Origin: Hyperthermus butylicus DSM 5456
GTDB lineage: Archaea > Thermoproteota > Thermoprotei_A > Sulfolobales > Pyrodictiaceae
Direction: 5' to 3'
Length of the DNA: 32,000 nucleotides
Assembly (NCBI RefSeq): GCF_000015145.1
Contig: NC_008818.1
Coordinates: forward strand, 210,001-242,000
The notes under the pieces are model-generated. The model was not told the DNA's origin. It did not search any database and was given only the letters and a program-made list of their open reading frames with translations. Shown here piece after piece: positions 26,618 through 32,000 of this stretch; the stretch's first letter is position 1, and every line of letters starts with the position of its first letter. Position numbers and translations under genes: made by a program.

Positions 26618-27394
26618 TTACCCTCCCTCCCCCGTCTCGGCCTTCCCTGCCTTCTGCAGGATTGTTACCACTGAGAGGCCTCCAGCTATATTGGCGTAGA
26701 CGATGTGGTTGCCTGCCACCAGTGCTAGCCTCTGCGGCGGCTGTATCCCAAGTGTGTCGAGAGCCCTTGAGAGTGCTGTGAGAGCCTCGGATAGCAACTG
26801 GGCAGCCCTTCTGGCAGTATCCTCGGCTATGCCATCAACGGCTATAAGCCTCTTCTCCTCAACATTAACTGTCATAGCCCTAATGTTCCTAGCGCGTAGT
26901 CCTGCTGGTCCAGTGTGTGCCAGGGAGAGCAGGCTGAGAAGATCTACGAAGACATCGCCAAGCCTGCCACCGGGTACCCTTGGCTGTAGTATTGCTGGGA
27001 ACACGCTGACGAGAACAGTAATAATCCTGTTAACTATCCTCGTGAGCGCCTCGCCGCCATACTCCTCTAGCAGCCTACCCTCAGCCTCAGCCTCAACGTA
27101 GACCCTGCACGCTGAGCCGCGGGGGGTAACGGTTACAGCTACATAGCCCTTAGCGTCGCCACTGAGGTGGAACTGTAACCTCTCCGGCTCCTTCTCCGCC
27201 GAAACCTCTAGCCTTAACCTCTTATACCTGGGCGACGCAAATGAGAGGACTATGGCTCCGCGTTTTTCACCCTTCTCCAGGAGCCTGCCGGCACCCTCGA
27301 AGAACTCTGCATAATTCTTAGACGCTAGCGTCTGTAGCACCTGGTCACAAGAGGCGTGTACGTCTAGCACAGCTTCTCTCCGAACCAGTGGCAA
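26618..27394 (-). CDS. SRPBCC/CoxG-like N-terminal domain + Roadblock/LC7-like C-terminal domain
   Basis: The N-terminal half (RLRLEVSAEKEPERLQFHLSGDAKGYVAVTVTPRGSACRVYVEAEAEG..ALTRIVNRIITVL) is paralogous by eye to the N-terminus of the 491-aa protein. The C-terminal half (IRAMTVNVEEKRLIAVDGIAEDTARRAAQLLSEALTALSRALDTLGIQPPQRLALVAGNHIVYANIAGGLSVVTIL) fits the Roadblock pattern. TTG start. Confidence 0.6.
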   Translation of the reverse strand: MPLVRREAVLDVHASCDQVLQTLASKNYAEFFEGAGRLLEKGEKRGAIVLSFASPRYKRLRLEVSAEKEPERLQFHLSGDAKGYVAVTVTPRGSACRVYVEAEAEGRLLEEYGGEALTRIVNRIITVLVSVFPAILQPRVPGGRLGDVFVDLLSLLSLAHTGPAGLRARNIRAMTVNVEEKRLIAVDGIAEDTARRAAQLLSEALTALSRALDTLGIQPPQRLALVAGNHIVYANIAGGLSVVTILQKAGKAETGEGG

Positions 27395-27531
27395 GGCTGC
27401 CCTACGCCCACACTAAACCCTACAGGAGTCGCTACTACTAAAAGATGTGTATTGGCTCCAGCATCCCGAGCCGGCAGGGATGAAGCTCTAGCTGCAAAAC
27501 CGTTAACCCCTCACACCCGGTGTAATTCTGT

Positions 27532-27552
27532 CCCCGGGTTTCCCAAACGGGG
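27532..27552. promoter_or_regulatory. Imperfect palindrome CCCCGGGTTTCCCAAACGGGG in the divergent promoter gap, 19 nt upstream of the PP2C start
   Basis: Read directly. The half-sites CCCGGGTTT / AAACGGGG flank a CCC centre. It is the only obvious dyad in the 176-bp gap between the divergent genes at 27394 and 27571. Confidence 0.2.
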
Positions 27553-27570
27553 CCTAGTAACAGCTCATAG

Positions 27571-28416
27571 GTGGTGCGGGAAGGCTTGGCGTGGAGGGCC
27601 TGGGTTGCTACATACAACACCGTACACAGCGAGGACGACATAGCAGTATGGATGCATCCCAGCGGCGACTACGGTGTGGCCGTGGTTGCAGATGGGGTAT
27701 CCGCGACGGGTAGTGGCGGGGCCTCCTTTCTTGCAGCCCAAAGCTTCACCATGGCTTGCCGCTACTATATGCGGAACCACCTGGACTTCGAGACTATACA
27801 CCGCTGCCTCGGCTTCGTAGCGGAGGCAGCACGCTCCTCTAGCGTGGTGGACGCTGACATAGTGGCGTCGCTGAAGAGGGACTACTACACTAAGTGTAGC
27901 AGTGGCGGCAAGCCCTGTACCGAGCCCCTGACACTGGAGAAGGTGATAGAGCTTAAGCAACCAATGATAGCGCCGAGGAGGGTTGAGAGACGCGAAGCCC
28001 CTTCAACAACGCTGCTAGCAGCAGTCTTTGCAGGTAGCGTGATAGGCTTCCTGCTCCTGGGAGACGGCATAGCAATGGGGATGGGGACTCGGCGGGAGGA
28101 GCTATGGGTCTCGTGGGGGGCGCTGCCGCAGTACTTTCAGGGGGCCCGTGTTGCTAGGCTGGTGGAGCTAGGCAGCGGTATATTCGGTAGGCCAGTGGTG
28201 CTCCTAACAGAGAGCGAGCCAGGGGGTCTCTACGTAGTTGCAACCGATGGCGTTGACCCGGCAGCACTTGCTGAGAGTCTAGCCGAGCTAGTTGCCAGGG
28301 TGGGGAATATCACAGAGCTGGAAAACCCTGCTGCAACCCTACTGGAGTCGGTCAAAACCAGGATGGGCGGTATGGAGGACGATGCATCCCTCGCAGTAAT
28401 ATACCATACAGGCTAG
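27571..28416 (+). CDS. PP2C-family (PPM) Ser/Thr protein phosphatase
   Basis: HSEDDIAV (NED-like), GVAVVADGVSATGSGGASFLAAQ (vaDGmGG...AS), LYVVATDGVDP (l.SDGl) and MEDDASLAVIY (DD.T.vv). All four acidic metal-binding regions are present. GTG start. Confidence 0.8.
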   Translation: MVREGLAWRAWVATYNTVHSEDDIAVWMHPSGDYGVAVVADGVSATGSGGASFLAAQSFTMACRYYMRNHLDFETIHRCLGFVAEAARSSSVVDADIVASLKRDYYTKCSSGGKPCTEPLTLEKVIELKQPMIAPRRVERREAPSTTLLAAVFAGSVIGFLLLGDGIAMGMGTRREELWVSWGALPQYFQGARVARLVELGSGIFGRPVVLLTESEPGGLYVVATDGVDPAALAESLAELVARVGNITELENPAATLLESVKTRMGGMEDDASLAVIYHTG

Positions 28417-29003
28417 AGGTTTGCGGAGGATAGGTTGTAGACCGTTACTATCATATCTCCCTTCTCGAAGACGTGATCGAGAATATTCTTAGCCTGCTCT
28501 GGGTTAAGCTCGGCGCCAAGTTGTGCTGCTGCAACAACCCTACCATCCCTTATGAGGAGGAAGTAATCCGTAGCGTTGAGCTGTACACGGAGCAGTATAG
28601 GCCCCTTACTGGTTAGGGCTGCCCTGAAGTCTGGTAGGTTGACTGGACCACGGTATATTATAGGCGCCCGGAGCACTATGCTGAGCACGTAGGATATATC
28701 GGCTAGCCTTCTCGCCAGCTCGCCGTCCCATGCAGAGGGCTCTAGTACTGGCGCCTCAACCCTAGCTGGCACAGCTTGAGGCTTAGCGGCGGCAGCCTCG
28801 GCAGGAGATAGTATGCGTAGCTTACCCTCTCCCAGGTGCTCGACCGCGTAGCCGCGGCGTCTAGCCCACTTCTCCACCAGCGGCACAGCATCAGCGTCAA
28901 GGCTCACTATTATCTTGCCAGTCTTCCTCACCAGGTTCTCAATGGTGCTATAGGGTATAAAGCCGCCCATGCCGGTGAGCTCGAGTACAGTCTCCTCCAC
29001 CAA
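28413..29003 (-). CDS. Two-domain protein: TusA/SirA-like fold lacking the Cys + DUF4388/PATAN-like C-terminal module
   Basis: N-terminus: LELTGMGGFIPYSTIENLVRKTGKIIVSLDADAVPLVEKWARRRGYAVEHL. This follows the TusA pattern ldlrGl.CP.P.l........G..l.v..dd......i..w....g..v, with Phe-Ile in place of the Cys-Pro. C-terminus: GPILLRVQLNATDYFLLIRDGRVVAAAQLGAELNPEQAKNIL. Motif-level only. Confidence 0.5.
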   Translation of the reverse strand: MVEETVLELTGMGGFIPYSTIENLVRKTGKIIVSLDADAVPLVEKWARRRGYAVEHLGEGKLRILSPAEAAAAKPQAVPARVEAPVLEPSAWDGELARRLADISYVLSIVLRAPIIYRGPVNLPDFRAALTSKGPILLRVQLNATDYFLLIRDGRVVAAAQLGAELNPEQAKNILDHVFEKGDMIVTVYNLSSANL

Positions 29004-29025
29004 GACCTTGCACCTTCCGGGGAGC

Positions 29026-30501
29026 CTACCACTTAGCTATGGTTGAGAGTATACGCTCAACCATATTCCTACCGCGCACGATCGGGCCATGCTTTGGCGC
29101 AATAGCCTCTATGTCGAGTGTTGTTATTCTCTCTAGCCACTCCTTCAACGCTGTCTTGTCTGCTGTGTGGAGCACATAGCTTCTAACCATTTCCTCGTAG
29201 GTGTCAATGTCGTCTACGTACATGTTCCAGAGCCCTGGTGGTGACACGGCACCGAGCGTTACGCCGGTGAAGAGCGTGCGGCTACGCTCGTCGTATATTG
29301 TCAGGGTGGGGGCTCCACGGGCTCGGGAGGGTATTACGAGGAGCTTGCTGTCGCCAAGCTGGAGCGACACCTCCCGTGTGGGTAGGGGCTGGAGCTGACC
29401 CGGCGCAGTAATGTACGCGGCGAGGACGGCAACCCAGTAGGCGGGAGCAGCTATTGAGGCCTTCTTCGCCCTCGCCACGAGCGCGTCGAGGGCTTCCATC
29501 GCGTCGGCTTCAGCGGAGGATAGCAGTATGTAGCGCACTTCATCCAGGTCGGCCACAACGTTCCTAATAGCCCTTAGTAGTCTCTCGCCACCACTCGGAT
29601 CTATTATCGCTGCCTCATAGCCGGAGACTACCACGTATGTGTTTGCCGCAAGACCACCATACTCCAGCCTTGCAGCACCACCAATCCAGTAGACCTGGTG
29701 GCCATTATCATCGAAGAGCTTCTCGGGCTCGTAGAGGTATGCCTCACTGCTACCTGTGAGGCTCCAAGCCTTAATCCTCACACGGTAGCTTGGGGGCCTA
29801 ACAGCTATCGAAAGCACCCTATCGCCAGTAAATTTGTCCCCCTCAACCTCCGCGTAGAGCCCGGTTATCCTGTTCCCGCGCAACACCATTCGTAGCAAGT
29901 ACCTGCCGCTGTAGTCGCTCACCTCTGCTAGGTAGTCATCGTATCCCAGTAGCGCCATAAGCCTCTGCGCAGCCTCGAACGCAACATTCCTTATCGGGGT
30001 AAAGCTGTCGTAGTAGACTAGCGTGGTACTCGCGGGCAGCGGTACCTCAAGGGCTGCTAGCTTGTTATCAGCATCCACGAGATCTATCTTAGGGCTAGTA
30101 CCCTCAATCTTCCTAGCAATACCCTCAGCTACATACTTCACGATATCGCTAGCTATCTTTGCTGCACCACCAGCACCACCACCACTGACAACTATATGCG
30201 AACCCTCACCAGTATCAATAATGTCAACGGCGAGTATTAGTGAGTCGGTGCGGCCCTTAGCTACGAGTATCACCGTCTCATCCGTCTCGTATATCTTGAA
30301 GTCTAGCCTCGCCCTCCTGCTACCGATTAGCCTCGGCACCCTGATAACCACATAGTTCTCGCCAACCTCCTCAACGTTCTTTGCATTCTTTATGAAGTCC
30401 GTTATACGGCCAATGAGCTTCCTTACACTCTCGGGGTCCAGGGGCACAATGAGCTTAATGGCGCCCTCCTCCCGGCTCATCAAAGGCCTTATGACACTCA
30501 T
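29026..30501 (-). CDS. Three-module protein: SRPBCC/CoxG-like N-terminus, DUF4388-like middle, flavodiiron-protein-type MBL domain with degenerate metal site
   Basis: The C-terminal half is collinear with the FprA/ODP MBL domain: VYWIGG...NTYVVVSGYEAAIIDP...RYILLSSAEADAMEAL...LDIEAIAPKHGPIVRG. Compare vyWvG...NsYLi...aLiDt...yiv.nH.E.DH.G...tIaPsHG.iwr. The N-terminus RARLDFKIYETDETVILVAKGRTDSLILAVDIIDTGEGSHIVVSGGGAGGAAKIASDIVKYV is CoxG-like. Confidence 0.7.
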   Translation of the reverse strand: MSVIRPLMSREEGAIKLIVPLDPESVRKLIGRITDFIKNAKNVEEVGENYVVIRVPRLIGSRRARLDFKIYETDETVILVAKGRTDSLILAVDIIDTGEGSHIVVSGGGAGGAAKIASDIVKYVAEGIARKIEGTSPKIDLVDADNKLAALEVPLPASTTLVYYDSFTPIRNVAFEAAQRLMALLGYDDYLAEVSDYSGRYLLRMVLRGNRITGLYAEVEGDKFTGDRVLSIAVRPPSYRVRIKAWSLTGSSEAYLYEPEKLFDDNGHQVYWIGGAARLEYGGLAANTYVVVSGYEAAIIDPSGGERLLRAIRNVVADLDEVRYILLSSAEADAMEALDALVARAKKASIAAPAYWVAVLAAYITAPGQLQPLPTREVSLQLGDSKLLVIPSRARGAPTLTIYDERSRTLFTGVTLGAVSPPGLWNMYVDDIDTYEEMVRSYVLHTADKTALKEWLERITTLDIEAIAPKHGPIVRGRNMVERILSTIAKW

Positions 30502-30728
30502 TCCTACCCGCTACCCCGTGCAACTTGTCCCACTTGTTCCCCCTATGAGTGTGTGTATTTCAGTATCGCCCCGGAGATGGGGATCCACTTGAAAATGGAG
30601 AGGAGGCAGCTCCACCTGCCCTACCTTATGTAGCCTCCAATTGCTGTTGCTTCGTGGAAATAGTTAATAATACCTCTTAGAACACTGTAATCTAAAGCAT
30701 TAATACCTGTTTATAGCGTGAGTTTGTC

Positions 30729-31565
30729 ATGGTGAATGCTGTGCAGGCTCCGGAGCATAGCTGGTTACCCCACAACGTTACCTCGCTGAGGGAGGGTGCG
30801 CTAGCAGCACTCATAATCCGGAAGACGGCAGAGAAGCTTACATCGATAACTAGCGTGGATGTTGCCATTGCTGGTGCTGGCCCTGCAGGGCTTACTGCTG
30901 CCTGGCTACTAGCCGAAAAGGGGTTGAGAGTTGTCGTAGTAGAGCACAGCCTTGGCGTAGGCGGCGGCATGAGAGGCGGCTCCATGCTGATGCCGGTAGG
31001 CCTTGTCGAGGATGGACTCCCCGCCGAGCTGCTTCGCCGCGCCGGTGCACGTCTCGATAGGGTGGCGGATGGACTCTATGCTGTAGACCCAACGGAGGCT
31101 GTGGTAAAGCTGGCGGCAAAGGCTATCGATGCTGGCGCAGTCATCCTACCCGGCCTCCACGTCGAGGACCTCATACTCTGGCGGAGCGGCAGTGGCTACC
31201 GTGTCGCTGGGCTCGTGATAAACCTCTCCCCTGTCGTCGAGGCTGGCTGGCACGTAGACCCCATCTACATCGAGGCTCGCGCAACGATAGACGCTACCGG
31301 CCACGACGCTGAGCTTGTCAAGCTCCTCTCCAAGGCGCTAGGCGACTCCAGCATTAGGGTTAGGGGTACACGTGGAATGGATGTCTGGGAGGGAGAAAAG
31401 CTGGTTGTAGAGTATACGGGAGAGGTGTACCCAGGCCTCTACGCCGCCGGAATGGCCGTATCGGAGACCTATCAGCTGCCAAGAATGGGCCCCGTATTCG
31501 GCGGCATGCTAGCCTCTGGTGCCAGGGTGGCGGAGCTGGTAGCGTCTAGGCTCTCCGAGCAGTAG
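30729..31565 (+). CDS. thi4: Thiazole synthase Thi4 (archaeal, His-type, presumably sulfide-dependent)
   Basis: Dinucleotide-binding VAIAGAGPAGLTAA, then GGGMRGGSMLMP and IDATGHDAE. WHVDP carries His where, from memory, yeast THI4 has its sacrificial Cys (QCCMDP). An AT-rich box (CATTAATA, about 30696-30705) fits a leaderless ATG. Confidence 0.9.
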   Translation: MVNAVQAPEHSWLPHNVTSLREGALAALIIRKTAEKLTSITSVDVAIAGAGPAGLTAAWLLAEKGLRVVVVEHSLGVGGGMRGGSMLMPVGLVEDGLPAELLRRAGARLDRVADGLYAVDPTEAVVKLAAKAIDAGAVILPGLHVEDLILWRSGSGYRVAGLVINLSPVVEAGWHVDPIYIEARATIDATGHDAELVKLLSKALGDSSIRVRGTRGMDVWEGEKLVVEYTGEVYPGLYAAGMAVSETYQLPRMGPVFGGMLASGARVAELVASRLSEQ

Positions 31566-32000
31566 ATCTCACAACAGCCAACTCTTTCTCTACCTCCTCC
31601 CTCCTCTTAGCTTCAGCCCTCACAGCTTCCAAGTGCTCCCTATCACCCTCTGGGCCCCGTAGCCTTCTAGCGAGCCCTGCAAGAGTCCCCTCCGGTCCAT
31701 AGCAGACCAGAGTGTCGCCCTCAAGGATCACAGTATCGCCACGTGGAGCACCGATGTAGACTTCTCTCCCGTTCACACGCCGGTAAATACCGAGTACAAG
31801 CACTCCCTCGTCGGCAAGCTTTAGCTCGCGGAGGCTGCGGCCAGCAAGCCAGCTACCAGGCTGCACCTTTAGCATTGCAATTGAGTAGCCCTTGCTGAGC
31901 CCTAGTAGCTGCTCGTAGTCGTAGAGGCGTAGGTTAGTAAACCTCTCAAGCATCCTCGCTATAACCCTGCTCATCCACCGGTCGATAACCCTGGACCTGC
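31546..32000 (-). CDS. TrkA-C (RCK C-terminal) domain protein; the 5' end may lie outside the window
   Basis: YSIAMLKVQPGSWLAGRSLRELKLADEGVLVLGIYR...REVYIGAPRGDTVILEGDTLVCYGPEG is a TrkA-C domain. The frame stays open upstream of ATG 31974 to the window edge. It overlaps thi4 convergently by 20 nt. Confidence 0.75.
   Translation of the reverse strand, partial: RSRVIDRWMSRVIARMLERFTNLRLYDYEQLLGLSKGYSIAMLKVQPGSWLAGRSLRELKLADEGVLVLGIYRRVNGREVYIGAPRGDTVILEGDTLVCYGPEGTLAGLARRLRGPEGDREHLEAVRAEAKRREEVEKELAVVRSTARRA

Noticed and set aside
30160-30190. Glycine-rich SGGGAGGAAKI in the 491-aa protein as a possible Walker A/P-loop, which would supply the missing NTPase.
   Set aside because: It does not fit GxxxxGK[ST], since there is no Ser/Thr after the Lys and the spacing is wrong. 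It also lies at the position of the Gly-rich loop preceding the C-terminal helix of CoxG/SRPBCC-like domains.
1-32000. CRISPR arrays, IS/transposase genes, integrases, or tRNA-flanked island borders.
   Set aside because: No regularly spaced direct repeats, no transposase or integrase motifs in any frame of the ORF track, and no tRNA-like sequence were seen. The only tandem repeat is the 2 x 12 bp unit at 21039-21062.

Overview
This is a densely coded, moderately GC-rich archaeal chromosomal segment. It looks crenarchaeal and hyperthermophile-like. That is inferred from an Aeropyrum-type peroxiredoxin, an archaeal His-type Thi4, TATA-like boxes 25-35 nt upstream of starts, frequent GTG/TTG starts and TAG-dominated stops; no database was searched. 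By eye I found no rRNA, tRNA, CRISPR array or IS element. Recognisable housekeeping genes: a partial MBL-fold hydrolase, an MfnA-like PLP decarboxylase, a LeuT-type NSS transporter, a polysaccharide deacetylase, a peroxiredoxin, glycerate 2-kinase, an ABC ATPase, an MFS transporter, an HD-domain (SAMHD1-like) phosphohydrolase, a cbiMNQO-type ECF metal-uptake operon, Thi4 and a TrkA-C protein. Several genes look decayed. A VapC PIN toxin has a TAG nonsense codon plus a frameshift next to an intact VapB. An FtsX-like permease has an in-frame TAG plus a frameshift. A helicase remnant has an in-frame TGA just before motif I. The most interesting region is about 23.0-30.5 kb, an eight-gene locus with no obvious pathway assignment. 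It combines a vWA (complete MIDAS) protein, a Bud32/RIO-like protein kinase and a PP2C phosphatase with five proteins built from recurring small modules: Roadblock/LC7-like, DUF4388/PATAN-like and SRPBCC/CoxG-like. The locus also has a double zinc-ribbon membrane anchor and a flavodiiron-type MBL domain that has lost its metal ligands. I see no GTPase or FHA partner in the window. I propose this as a candidate uncharacterised archaeal phospho-signalling or scaffold system. All domain calls there are motif-level readings and need profile or structure confirmation.
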